From Hyaloraphidium curvatum SAG 235-1 (lineage: Eukaryota > Fungi > Monoblepharomycota), in the NCBI GenBank assembly GCA_025558095.1, contig JAIVFI010000029.1, positions 124,001 to 188,000 of the forward strand: 64,000 bases of DNA. Direction: 5' to 3'. Positions 1-11,598 of this stretch are shown one piece after another (position 1 is the first letter of the stretch; the number at the start of each line of letters is the position of its first letter). The notes beneath the pieces were generated by a model. It was not told the DNA's origin and searched no databases. It worked only from the letters and a program-made list of their open reading frames with translations. A program made the translations under genes and the position numbers.

Positions 1-414
1 CGCGCCTCGCCGCTGGGCTTCGTGAGCATCTTTGTGGAAGGCGGGACGGCGGGCATGTACAACCTCGCCGTGCCAAAGGAGTCCCGCGGCGGGCTGGGCG
101 GACTGCTCACGCTGCGGTGCCTGCTGGACGCCAAGGCTTCCGGCTACAAGCACCTGCTGCTTCAACCGAGCCCCAAGGCCGTCGCGCTCTACAAGAAGAA
201 CGGGTTCAGGGTGACCTCGGGGGGAGGCGAGGTGTGGCTGTACGGGAGCTGGAGGATGGGATGGTTCCCGTTCGCGCTGTTTTGGGCCGTGAGGGTCGGG
301 TTCGCCGTGTGGGGGGTGGTGAAGGGGCCTGTTGGGCTGATCAGGAGGACGGTCGCGTGGGTGGGAAGGTTCTTCGGTTTGGGCAGCTCGGAAGGCAACG
401 CCAAGGGCGCATAA
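1..414 (+). CDS. GNAT-family acetyltransferase, 5'-partial, with hydrophobic C-terminal tail
   Basis: Frame is open from base 1. GMYNLAVPKESRGGLGGLL resembles GNAT motif A and AVALYKKNGF resembles motif B. Confidence 0.75.
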   Translation, partial: RASPLGFVSIFVEGGTAGMYNLAVPKESRGGLGGLLTLRCLLDAKASGYKHLLLQPSPKAVALYKKNGFRVTSGGGEVWLYGSWRMGWFPFALFWAVRVGFAVWGVVKGPVGLIRRTVAWVGRFFGLGSSEGNAKGA

Positions 415-810
415 CTATTGTTTCATAGGCCTCTCTTGTACGTACGTGCGTTCCGGAATAACCGCGACGGCTCCGGACCGCAGCGCTCCCGGCATCGGCG
501 ACCGCCTGGCCGGCATCCCACTTCCCCCGCCCAAGTCCCCGCGATGCCAGAGTTGCCGATTTGCTGAGGCAGGCGGCGGCCAAGAAGAAGCAAAGCGGGT
601 GATTAGCTCTGCTGTCGAGGCGGAGACTCGTAGAGGGCCGAAGATCAGCGTGCCCGAGCTGGCGGCGAAGGAGCTGCATGAAGGTGACCACTGTGCTCAA
701 TGCAATGAAATACAACACGATTATGGCCGGACGTTGGCAAATATGTGGTCGGAACCTGCCTGCCTACTTTAGACCCGAGCGGAGTTTCACCGCACGCCGC
801 ACTCCACGAA

Positions 811-2721
811 ATGCCCTCCCGGCCGCGATTCGGCGCGATTCGGCCCGCAGGCTGGTTGCATGCCCGCATGCGCCACGATCTGGACGGTTTCGTGGGGCAC
901 CTGGACGCGCTGGCGCCGGACATCCTGTCCGCGGACGAGATCTATGGCCGCGACCGCCTGACGCGTTCGACAAGCGGAAAAGACCTCGGCGCACTTGGTG
1001 ACGGCGAGAACGACGCGCAGTTTCTGTGGTGGAACAGCGAGAGCCAGTCCAACTGGCGCGATGGCTGGCTGCGTCACGTCTTGCTGGTCGGGAGCCCCGG
1101 GGAACGCGAGTCGGCCGGCACGTACGTCCGCCGCATGCTCGCCACCGCCGACGCCGGCGGGTACATCGGCATCTCGTGTCCCGACGTGCGATTTCCTCGA
1201 TCGGGGGAAAACGGCGAATTTTGGGCGCTGGCGACACTCGGTCGCGTGCTCCTCGCATACGCCGACGCCGGAGAGGACAAAACCCTGGCAGAAGCCGTTG
1301 TGCCCGCCCTGCGGCGCGCCCTTGCCGTGGTCATGGAGGCGTGGCCAATCGGTGGTGCCTCACCCTTCCCGGAGGACGGCTACGCCGGCGCGCTCCACGG
1401 CCTGATGCTCACGGATGTTCTCGATGCCGTGGCGGAGCGCACAGGGGACGACATGCTGCGCAGCTACGCGGCCTGGCTCTACCGTTCTTACAGCTCTGCA
1501 CCCAATTGCGAGCCCGATGCTCAGCTTCTGCGGCTCCTCGACCCCGAAATCCGCTTCGAGGGCCACGGCGTGCACACGTACGAGCACCTTCGCGCGCTTC
1601 TCGTTGCCTGGAGCGCGGAAGACGCCCCGGAGGACCTTTCCGATGGCCTGCAATCCTACCTAGCGCGCCTGGAGACTTGCCTGACCCCCGCCGGCGGACC
1701 CATCGGCGACGAATGGATCAAGGGGCGCGCCGCCGATCCCACCGAGACGGGCTACGAGCTCTGCTCGATCCAGGAGCTCCTCGACTCACTCCTCCACCTC
1801 GCTGCCGCCACCGACGACCTCCGCTGGGTCGACATTGCCGAGCTGACCCTCCTGAACGCCGGCATGGGCGCCTTCCACCCGGAACTCCCCGCAATTGCAT
1901 ACCTCTCCACCGACAACCAGGTCCGTATGACGGGGCAGCGCCCCGGCGCACCCGAGGACCCGAAGCAGACGCGGTACAGGTACTCCCCGCTTCACAGGGA
2001 GGCGGCCGTGTGCTGTGCGCCCAATGCCGGGCGCATGCTGCCCACCGCGCTCGGCTCGGCGGTCCTCGTTGAGGAGGATTCGCTCTGCGTCGCTTTGTTC
2101 CTTCCCCTGGAGGCGGACTTGGAAGTCGCCGGCGTCCCGGTGCATCTTGAAGTGCGCGCAGAACGGCCGGGGGACACGAAGCTGGAGGTGTTGGTCCGCT
2201 CGGAAGGCGCAATCTCGTTCGAACTGGCCGTGCGCAAGCCCGCCTGGGCCGAGAAGCTCGAGTTCCACCTCAACCCTTCCCCCCGCTCTGCGGATCCGCC
2301 CGTCGGTGTGCACGCGGATCGGATCTCGGTCCGCCTCGCCCTTTCTCCGCAAAGCCCCTCACGCACCCTCACCGTGCGCTTCCCCTGCCCCCCGCGCATT
2401 CGCCGCGGCCCAACCGGCGACGCTATCGTCTCCCACGGCCCGCTGCTGATGACCCTTCCCATCCCGAGCCGCACCACCAAGACCAAGGAGCTGGCGCCGG
2501 GATTCTGGGACCTGGCGGAGGAGCCGTTGGACGACGAGCACGCGAGGATGGAGCTGGACCCGGTGGGGGAGGTGAAGGAAGTGGACGGCGGAGTGGAGGT
2601 GGGGTTCGTGCTGCGCGGGGAGGGGGGACACGGAGCGAGGGTGCGGAGGAGGCTGGTGAGGATGGGAACGTCGGCGCTGCGGAGGGTGACGTTCCCGCTG
2701 GCGAAGCACAGCAAAAGCTGA
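811..2721 (+). CDS. GH127/GH146-like beta-L-arabinofuranosidase (DUF1680), intronless
   Basis: GHGVH, GDEW, YELCS and CCAPN match the Glu/Cys/Zn-ligand pattern of HypBA1-type cysteine glycosidases. First ATG is at 811. Confidence 0.85.
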   Translation: MPSRPRFGAIRPAGWLHARMRHDLDGFVGHLDALAPDILSADEIYGRDRLTRSTSGKDLGALGDGENDAQFLWWNSESQSNWRDGWLRHVLLVGSPGERESAGTYVRRMLATADAGGYIGISCPDVRFPRSGENGEFWALATLGRVLLAYADAGEDKTLAEAVVPALRRALAVVMEAWPIGGASPFPEDGYAGALHGLMLTDVLDAVAERTGDDMLRSYAAWLYRSYSSAPNCEPDAQLLRLLDPEIRFEGHGVHTYEHLRALLVAWSAEDAPEDLSDGLQSYLARLETCLTPAGGPIGDEWIKGRAADPTETGYELCSIQELLDSLLHLAAATDDLRWVDIAELTLLNAGMGAFHPELPAIAYLSTDNQVRMTGQRPGAPEDPKQTRYRYSPLHREAAVCCAPNAGRMLPTALGSAVLVEEDSLCVALFLPLEADLEVAGVPVHLEVRAERPGDTKLEVLVRSEGAISFELAVRKPAWAEKLEFHLNPSPRSADPPVGVHADRISVRLALSPQSPSRTLTVRFPCPPRIRRGPTGDAIVSHGPLLMTLPIPSRTTKTKELAPGFWDLAEEPLDDEHARMELDPVGEVKEVDGGVEVGFVLRGEGGHGARVRRRLVRMGTSALRRVTFPLAKHSKS

Positions 2722-3023
2722 TCCAGACATCTACTGTGCGTTCGAAAGTGCCCGGCACTGGTGAATCAACACCGGGATGCAGCTGCAAAGGTCTCCGATA
2801 GCGTCGCCTAAAAAAAATGGGTGTCTCCCAGTTGTGCCGAAATCTGACTTTGTCAGGTCCGCGATTCGCACTTCAAGCCTTCTGATGGAGCTTTCTTCGT
2901 TCTCACGCTCGCAATCAACCATTCAATCTCCCCTTTCTCGGATTTTCATGGGTTTCTCCGTGGGGGATAGACGGGTCCAGTTCCCGACCTTTGCCTCGGC
3001 TGCGTCATCCGCAAAGCACCGAC

Positions 3024-5864
3024 ATGGGCCCCCCCGCGGCGCGCAAGGCCGCCGGCCACTCGCTCGTGCTGCCGGCGATTTCTACTCCCCCGGCGGTCGG
3101 GTGGCCCCGCGTCGGGTCGTCCCCGGAGTTCCGCATCATAGCAGGGATGAACCTCCTCCTTGTCCTCCCCGTAGTGGGGACCTGCCTCCAAGCAAAGCCA
3201 TGGTTCCCCCCGGCTCTGCTATGCCTGCTTCATTCCGCGCTCTGTGCTTCCCTAGTTTTGCTCGGACCGGGCGCGCACCCCCTCTACATCTTCGCCCGAG
3301 TTGTTGCGGTGCACCTCCCGTTCCGGCCCGTTCCCGGCGCGCCGAAGCGCTTCTCCCTTGTTATCAGCGTCGGTCTGACGATCACTCAGGCCGCTTGGTT
3401 GGCCACCGGATCTGGCCCAAGAATTCCGTGGTTCCTCCTGGTGCTCGCGTCGGCGAACATCGCAAACTCCATCTTTGGCCTCTGCATTGCCTGTCTTATA
3501 TACTCGGACCTCCTGGTCAGGTTCAACCTGTTGCCGGCACATATGTACACGGACTACAAGCGGCCCTACTCACGCGACGAAGTGCTCGGTGTCTACGCAC
3601 GGTGGCTTCCCGCGATGTACCTCCAGTTCGCGACGCCGCTGGACGAGGGGCAGGTGAAGGCCACGGCACAGAATGAGGAGCCCGAGTTTGAGATCTACTG
3701 TGCCAATGGCGTCTGCAAGATGGTTCCGATCAAGAGGGAAGGCGCGGACCAGGGAAACATGACGACGATCACCCGCCGCCGTCCGCGGACGCCTGTGGCC
3801 AAGGCCCCGGAGGCCAACTTGGAGGACATGTGGAAGAGCATCGTGACCCCGCTGGCAAAACCCCTCTCCGAAGTCGTGACAAGCGGACGCCGTGCGAGCA
3901 TCCCGGCGCCGGGCGGGCTGGCGGAGGTGATGGGCGGCTCGGCGTTCATCCCGATCGCGCAGCGCGCCCAGGAACTGGAGGAGGGCGTGCGCACGGCGCT
4001 AAACGAGTTCCGTGGGAAGGGCGGTGGGCACCACCACGGTGTGGACATGTCGCTGTGGACGGACGAGCTTCTCGCCGAGTGGAGCTCCAAGTTCCTCGGG
4101 AGCGAGACCAAACGGGCCGAGCCTGCGGACGGGTTCGATGCCGGCCTGACTTTCAAACACCCATTCTTCGACCAGGCGATGTGGACGGCCCAGAGCATGC
4201 TTGCGGAGCGGGAGATGATCGACGCCTTTACCGACGATCGCGCGGACGCCGAGGTGACGAAACGAAAGGGTGAGTACGCGACTTTGAGCCATTCTGAGCT
4301 CCTCTGACGGCTCCCACATGCGTCAGTTGTCCCTGTATTGACGGACCCTGCCTACATCAGCGAGAGGGATGCCGCATACGCTAGGTTCGTGGATGGCAAC
4401 CCGACGTGGGAGTCGGAACCAGTCCGCCGCCTGCGGGACCTACGAGCCACCGAGTACGCGGTGCTGGACCGCACGGGGGCGGTCTACATGGATTATACGG
4501 CCGGAGGCCTCCCCGCGAGGTCGCAGCTGGACGCCCTTCTGCTCCTGCTCCGCGAGAATGTGCTTGGGAACCCGCACTCTGCTTGCCCGGCGTCGCTGGC
4601 GGCTTCGTTCCTGGACAAGAGGGCCCGCGAGGCGGTCCTGTCGTTCTTCCATGCTTCCGAGGACGAGTACGACGTCATCTTCACTCAGAATGCCAGCGGG
4701 GCGTGTCGAATCGTGGCGGACAACTTCGTCTTCTCGGATTCGTCGACCTTCCTGTACTGCGTGGACAACCACACGAGCATCGTCGGGATCAGGGAATGGG
4801 CGCGCAAAAAGGGCGCAAGGATCGACACTGTTCCCATTGTCCGGCCCGACATGCGGATCGACGAGAAAATGCTCCGCCAGAAGCTTGAGGCCATCACGAC
4901 TGCCGGCCCCGGCCCACATCTCTTCGCCTACCCGGCACAGAGCAACGTGACGGGCGTCAAGCATCCGCTCAAGTACGTGCGCTGGGCGCAGGAGCTCGGC
5001 TGGATCGTGCTCTGCGACGTCGCAGCATTCGTCCCGTCTTCGCGGCTGGATCTCGGTGTCGTCAAGCCCCAGTTCGCCCCCCTGTCGTTCTACAAGATGT
5101 TTGGATTTCCCACGGGCCTCGGGTTGGTGACATCGAGGCCGCACTGGTCCCGAAGCTGATTTGCCTGCAGCGCCCTCCTTGTTCGCAAGGACGCCTATCC
5201 GCTGCTACAGCGCCATGGATTCCTTGGGGGCACCGTCCGCGTGGTGACGGTCCACGACGAAGGCCACTTCTGGCTCGACGACGGACACCCGCGGTTCGAG
5301 GACGGGACCGTCAACTACCTCAACATCCCTGCCGTCGAGATCGGCCTGCGCTACCTCGACCGGATCGGCATCGATGCCGTCACTTCCCTGGTGCGATGCC
5401 TCACGGGTTGGCTGATCGAAGCACTGCTGTTGCTCACGCACCCGAACGGACGCTCGCTCGTCACCATCTATGGCCCCCACGACACGGTGGAAAGGGGTGG
5501 CACAATAGTCGTCAACCTGCGCGATGCCAACGGCGATCCCATCCAGGCCAAGGTCGTGGAGCAAGAAGCGAACCACGAGAACGTCAACGTTCGTGTTGGG
5601 TGTTTCTGTAACCCCGGCGCTATCACGGTCGGGCTGGAGCTTGAGGCGTGGAAGGTTGCGAAGGACATGAAGTTTGGCGAGGTCTGCGTCGCACTTCCCA
5701 AGGGCCCGCTCGGGATGATCCGTATCAGCATCGGTCTGGCAAGCAACTTCGACGACGTTTTCCGCATGTATATGTTCATGAAGGGCTTCTTGGATCCGGA
5801 GGTGGTGAACAGGGCAAATGCCGCCTTCATGGCGCGCTACGTCGCTCCCGGAGGACTGTGCTGA
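3024..5864 (+). CDS. Molybdenum cofactor sulfurase-like PLP enzyme (aminotransferase class V) with N-terminal membrane region; 3 exons
   Basis: In-frame introns at 4270-4326 and 5123-5170 join three ORFs. Motifs YMDYTAGG, GNPHS, FTQNAS, SFYKMFGFPTGLGAL and RVGCFCNPG are present. There is no C-terminal MOSC domain. The start codon is uncertain. Confidence 0.8.
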
Positions 5865-5947
5865 TCGCTTTGGGAGAGATGCAGTAGTGGAGGCATGGAA
5901 GCGATGTGATTACGTAGGAACTCTCGAGTCAACGTACAAAGCCCTCC

Positions 5948-7000
5948 TCAGCCCGGGCCTTCAAAAGCCGCTCGCACCTCATCGCGGGTGAAGTGCCCGT
6001 CGATCATCCCTGCAACGACGTCTAGCGCGCCGTTGGGGGACCCAAACGCGTTGACCGCGTTTCTCCTCATCCGCAGCTGCTTCTTCGTCGGTGCTGCGCT
6101 TCCGCAACTTCGCCCTCGCACCGCCTTTTGGGAGCGCGAAATCTGCCAAGCATCTGTCCCTGTGCTTCGCATCCGACGCGCCATCACTGATCCAGATATC
6201 GCCACAGAACGCGCAACGACAGGGTGAGGAAAGCGACCTTCTTCGGGTGCTAGGTGCGATACATGGCCTTGTCGGCGGGCCTGGCGGGGTACCTGACTTC
6301 TTGCTTGCCGAATGCCACGTATCCATTGTCCGAAATGCGGCGCCACGGCTTGCCGGGCGACGCATTGTCTTGAGAGCAAACCGCCGGACGTAGGTCATCT
6401 GCCTTGCTTTCTCCACCCTGTATTCTTCCGGAATCAGTTGGCTGCCGTCCGTATGGAGCAAGTGGATGGTTTGATCGGAGCGCCACCACTCATTAACAAA
6501 GGAGCGGTTTCTCAGCAGCGGCGCAAACACGGTCGGAAACAGTTCGGTGAGGAGGAGGGCCGAATAAAGTGACACGCGGTCCACCAGCAAGTTCTGCACG
6601 GTTGGCGTACTGAGAATGAACGCCAGAATGCCGGGAGACAGCCTGATCCGGTCGATCTGTTCCCTCGGGGCTGGAACGAATTCGGCACGCGGTTTGCTGA
6701 TCACCGGTGTCGTGGAGGGATTTGAGAGGCGCAGGCTCGCGCGGCTGCGGCTCTCCTGGCACTTCGGGATCTCCCTGCAACCCCAGCCCCTCTTCGTCGA
6801 ATCCGAAAAGCTCGTCGAGGACTCCCGGAGGGTATCTTCGCCGTAATCGAGGTGCCTCGACGCCTGACGCTCCTTGGGACTCCATTCTCGCCTCCCCATC
6901 CTCATGATCGACCTCTATGCTTTCCAATAATTCCAGAGGATAATGCCGCCTCGTCCTCGGAGACCTCATGGCGCGATTCGCAACCGATGATGCCCACAAG
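5948..7000 (-). pseudogene. Possible frameshifted remnant of an unknown gene
   Basis: Protein-like stretches switch between frames (YPPGVLDELFGFDEE / ILAFILSTPTVQNLLVD / NAFGSPNGALDVVAGMIDG) without clear splice sites. Confidence 0.3.
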
Positions 7001-7259
7001 TGTCCGACGGCAGATCCGGCGCCGTTGCGCCCTCCCGAAGGCGCATCGCGGCCGGAGGGACCGGCTTCCGTTGGAGATGCAGCGTCCGCAAGCATGGCGG
7101 TGCCCAGCGAACGGTAAAACACTCGGTAAAGGCAAAAGACAAAGGCGGGGGATCAGGGTGGGACGAATCGGCGGCGCGGGCGAGAGCTGTCGCGGGCCGC
7201 GTCTCCTGCAGCCGCACTTCCTTATATCGGCGGCCGGTCCTTGTTCCCCGCGCTCCGCG

Positions 7260-8578
7260 ATGAAGGCCATCAGCCTCCCGAAGCTCGTCAAATCGCCGGC
7301 CGAGCTCACGGTCTCGGAGGTCCCCGAGCCGGCCTGCCCCGACGATGCGGTCGTCTGCCGCGTCGTGGGCATCGGCCTGAACTTCCTCGAGACCCTGATG
7401 ATCCAGGGAAAGTACCAGCACAAGCCGAAGCTCCCGTTCATTCCCGGCATCGAGTTCAGCGGGATCATCGAGCGCGTCGGGAAGAAGGTCGAGGCGGAAG
7501 GGGAGTGGAAAGTCGGCGACAAAGGTGGGAATAGCTCTCCCTCTCTCTGTTTCTGTCCTCTAACCTGCCTCCAGTGTTCGGCGGCGCGTTCCCCGGCGGC
7601 GGGGGCGGGGGCTGCTGGGCCGAGAAGGTCGTCGTTGTCCCCTCGGACTACCGCCTCTTCCACCTCCCCGACTACCTCACCATGAGGCAGGCCTGCAACG
7701 TCCTCTCCAACTACTCGACCGCCTGGGCCGGCTTGGTCATCATCGGCCGGATCAAGCGCGGCGAGGTGGTCCTGTGCCACGCCGGCGCCGGCGGCGTCTC
7801 GCTCGCCGCCGTACAGGTCGCCAAGCGGCTGTACGGGTGCACGGTGATCGCCACGTGCGGGAGCGAGGCCAAGCGGCGGATCTGCCTGGACAACGGGGCC
7901 GACTACGCCATCGACTACACCGTGACCAAGGACTGGGCGGCCGAGGTGAAGCGCATCTGCGAGAAGGACCTCGGCCGCAAAGGGGAAAGGATCGGCGTGG
8001 ACTTGGTCTACGATCCCATCGCGGCCATCAACGACTCGCTGCGCGCCTGCGCGTGGGGCGCCAGGATCGTGATCATTGGCTTCGCGAGCCGCGACGCGGC
8101 CACGGACCCGGAGAGGGTGCCGACAAACAGAGTGCTGATCAAGCAGGTCTCGCTTTTGGGCTGCCGCGCTGGCGAAAGTGGGTTCACCAGCTCCCTCCCT
8201 TTGCTTTTCGTTCCGCTGACTTTGTTCGAACCAGACGCGCGGATGGACCCCTCCGTCGTGCCTTCGCAGTGGAATGGCATTTTCAACCTCTTCGCCTCCA
8301 CTCCGGCGCGCCCCGTCACCTTCCCCCCGCCCGACCAGCCCGCCCTGCGCGGGCTCGCCGCGGTCCCGCGCGGCCTGGAGATGCTCGCCTCGCGCCAGAG
8401 CTACGGCAAGGCCGTAGTGGAGCTTGGCACGCCCGAGGAGATGGATAGCACGGGGAGCAAGGGAAGCCCGTTCACGGAGAAGGCGAAGAAGCAGATCTCG
8501 GCGGACTGGGAGAGGCGCAGGGCGGAGAAGGAGAGAGAGCTCAGGGAGTTCGTCGACGCGGGCAGGCCGAGGCTTTAG
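7260..8578 (+). CDS. NADPH:quinone oxidoreductase (zeta-crystallin-like MDR); 3 exons
   Basis: GKYQHKPKLPFIPGIEFSG and AGAGGVS motifs. Introns at 7525-7574 and 8178-8234. Confidence 0.9.
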
Positions 8579-8632
8579 GCTCTCAAAGGCAATCAAAGAG
8601 CATTACATGAGTACACCAACGATCGATCCGAG

Positions 8633-9961
8633 TCAAAGCTTCCCTCCCGACTTCCGAAGGTGCTCCACGATCGCCGCCTCCACCTCCGCCGAGGGCAGCG
8701 CCGTTGGCGCCTTGTTGCCCAGGTGCGGCCCACCTTCCTGTCTGCTGATGTCGCCCGCCGTCCACCCCGCCACTGCCCCGCCCCGCGCTGCCTCCTCCTT
8801 GTTCAGCCTCGCGGCCAGCTCGTCCATGGTGACGGGCATGGGTGTCGGCTCCGAGACGTAGTCCACGTAGGCCTCGTATCTGCAAACACTGGGCATCAAT
8901 CATCGCAGCAACGTGGGGCCGCTGCGGACCCACCTGTACGTCAGGTTCCAGATACCTCTGTGGACCACGGCCACGGCGTAGCAGTCCCTCCCGTTGCCGC
9001 CGTAAGCGAGCTCGGTGTAGACGGCGAAGCGCGAGTGCTTTTCCAGAGTGTCGTCGACACGGACAACAGCGAGGGAGACGTCGGGGTGGCGCGAGATGCG
9101 GATCAAGGGAGGATCGGAATGGAGGTGGCTCATTGTCTCCTGCGCAACGGGCTCGACATCAGTTCCCATCCCGGCAACGGACATCCCCGACGGCAAACCC
9201 ACGTCGAACAGCGCGTCCTGCTCCCGCCAGTGCTCCTCGAACCTGCCCACATCCTCGACGATCTCCCTCGCCCGCGGGATCATTTCGCGGTACAGGTCCC
9301 CGAACAGCTTCGCCATGTCGTCGAACTGGAAGATGTTTGCCGGCAGCGGCGTCCGCGAGGGGTCCGAGGGGCGGGTGAAGGCATCGATAGTCCAGACGAT
9401 GCGGGCGGCGTCCCTGGTCGAACGGGAGTGGCAGAATTCAGCAGCCTACTAGCGCACCGGAGCAAGGAACGCACCGGTTCCGGACCTTGTTGAAGTCCCC
9501 CGCCAGCGCCGCGTCGACTAGCAGCTCCTTCCTCTGCCTGGCCCACACGGCGTCGAGCAGCCCCAGGATGCCCAGCAGCCCGTCGTGGTCAAAGTGGTCG
9601 TTGGACACCAGCACGAACGAGCCCGGCGCGATGCCCAGGTGGTCCTCGCCCCTGGGGTCCTCGAGGAACGCGAAGACGCAGGCCGTCGAGACGTCCCCCT
9701 GGAGGAAGCCCGGCGGGAGAACTTCAGCTTCACCCGACGCGGGGCAGGCCCGAGAGAGCCCACCCTGTATTTCGGCTCGGCGCCGACGCGCACCGAGTGC
9801 GTCAGCGAGTGGAGCGCCGGTGGGCGGTCCGGCCCGGCGAGGAAGTCCGCCACTTCGGGAAGGAAGTTCGACACGTCGCAGAGCAGCACCTGCGCGCCGG
9901 CCTTGGCCGCCGCCAGCGCATCGTCGAATGGTGCGAACGCATACGCCGCTTTCCGCGGCAT
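8633..9961 (-). CDS. DUF6687-like protein (bacterial-type family, possibly DHH-like); 4 exons
   Basis: Spliced product (intron 1 at 9763-9699, others starting near 9485 and 8933) reads KYR|GDVST, SNDHFDHDGLLG, AALAGDF, LTY|RYEAYVDY and LAARLNKEE. Confidence 0.65.
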
Positions 9962-10164
9962 TCTGACTTTCCGATGGGTCTACGAGGGAGGCATTGGGGA
10001 GGGGCCGGTAGGATGGGGGACGGCCGGTGGCGTGCTGCGGGTCCGGGGCGGAGATCGAGTCATCCTCCCTCTAACTCGGCCAACGTAATGTCTCCCTCGC
10101 TGTCATGCCATTCGTGTTGGCCGAGCTCTTAATCATCGCGCAGTGTCCGTCCGAGCCGGATGCC

Positions 10165-11151
10165 CTATAACTCGACGAGCCCCGGCGCCGAAAACGAAGC
10201 GGGATCCTTCCCTTCCGTCCCCTGCAGTTCCGGCTCCATCCTCTTCCTCCCCAGCGCCACCATCGTGATCCGATCCTCGAACTTCCTCGCGGTCTCGGGG
10301 GCGTGCACCTCGAGCACGCTCGCGAACCCCGCATCCGACAAAGCCCGCGCGAGGCTGGCCCGGGTGAACCAGAACGCGTTCTCGTTGTCGATCGACGCCC
10401 ACAGCTGGCCCTTCTTCTTGTCCTCTGGCGTGCCGGTGGCGTGCTCGGCATAGTTGCTCCCCCAGTAGGTCCGCCCGCTGAGGGTGGCGTTGGTTTCCGG
10501 CCGCAGGGCCGTCCGCGTGTCGACGATCAGCATCCGAGTCATCCCCGCCAGATTCCGGAGCAGCTTGACGGCATCCGCCGCTTCGAGGTGGTACAGGATC
10601 CCCGAGCACACGACCACGTCGAACTCCCCGTACTTTCCCCTCGCGACGTTGCGCACGTCGTCCCGCCGAAACTCGAGCGTCCGCAGGCCCAGCGCATCCT
10701 TCATGAAAATGGCCTTGGCCAGGCTGGCCTCCCGTATCTCGACGCCGAGCGCCCTCGCGCCCTTGGCGGCGAACTCGGCCGCGTAGAGCCCCTCGAGGCA
10801 GGCCAGGTCCAGCACGCGGAGGTCTTCCCATCGACTGCCGCTCGGGAGGAGCAGCAGGTCGTGGGCGAGCTGGAGGAACCGTCGCACGCGGAATGTGTTC
10901 CCGTTCGGCCCTTCGCCGAGCGTGCGCACCCCGTGTCCCAGGTGCGCCGCATGCGCGGTCCACGGGCCGTGCGAGGCTTCCACGCGGGCTTTTGCGGCGC
11001 GGAGGTCGGCGGCGGGCAGTTGCGGGGCAAAGTGGGGGCCGGCGGGCGCGGGAGGGGCGCGGGGGAGGAGGGAGAGGGCGGCGAAGGCGGAGAGGAGCAG
11101 GAGGGCGAGGAGCGATGCCGGGCGGCCGGCGGCGCCGGAAAAGAGGGGCAT
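10165..11151 (-). CDS. Class I SAM-dependent methyltransferase with N-terminal signal anchor, intronless
   Basis: VLDLACLEG, GVEIR and FDVVVCSGILYHL motifs; hydrophobic LLALLLLSAFAALSLL segment. Confidence 0.85.
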   Translation of the reverse strand: MPLFSGAAGRPASLLALLLLSAFAALSLLPRAPPAPAGPHFAPQLPAADLRAAKARVEASHGPWTAHAAHLGHGVRTLGEGPNGNTFRVRRFLQLAHDLLLLPSGSRWEDLRVLDLACLEGLYAAEFAAKGARALGVEIREASLAKAIFMKDALGLRTLEFRRDDVRNVARGKYGEFDVVVCSGILYHLEAADAVKLLRNLAGMTRMLIVDTRTALRPETNATLSGRTYWGSNYAEHATGTPEDKKKGQLWASIDNENAFWFTRASLARALSDAGFASVLEVHAPETARKFEDRITMVALGRKRMEPELQGTEGKDPASFSAPGLVEL

Positions 11152-11598
11152 GGAGGCGGTCAATGGGTTCCAATGCCGGAAAAATCAGAGAACGGGATCA
11201 TTGTGGCGATCCCTGCGAGGCCTCGAGGGGCAAGTGAGTGGGGTGGTTCGAGGGGACCGACCATCCCAGGCTCTTGATCTTGAGCCCATCGGAACATGAC
11301 AGAGAGCGTTTCGTGAAGAGATGCCATCATCGAATGGCGGATGATGGCTACATTGGTGGCCGAGATGGGTGGGCAAGGACCGGTACAAACAGCAGGCCCC
11401 AAGCTCGGCGAGCTCTATTCAATCCATCAAGCTCCCGACGGTTGCGTCACGACTAGGCTAGGGACGTTATCACTTCTTATTCCAGCTCCTTCTTGGTGAG
11501 GGCAGGCCACGTTCAGGCCAACGGCGGACCACGCGTCACCCCGCCGCGGACCCCCAAACAAACCACATCCCCCCTCCCCAGGCAGGGCGCCCTCGGAG

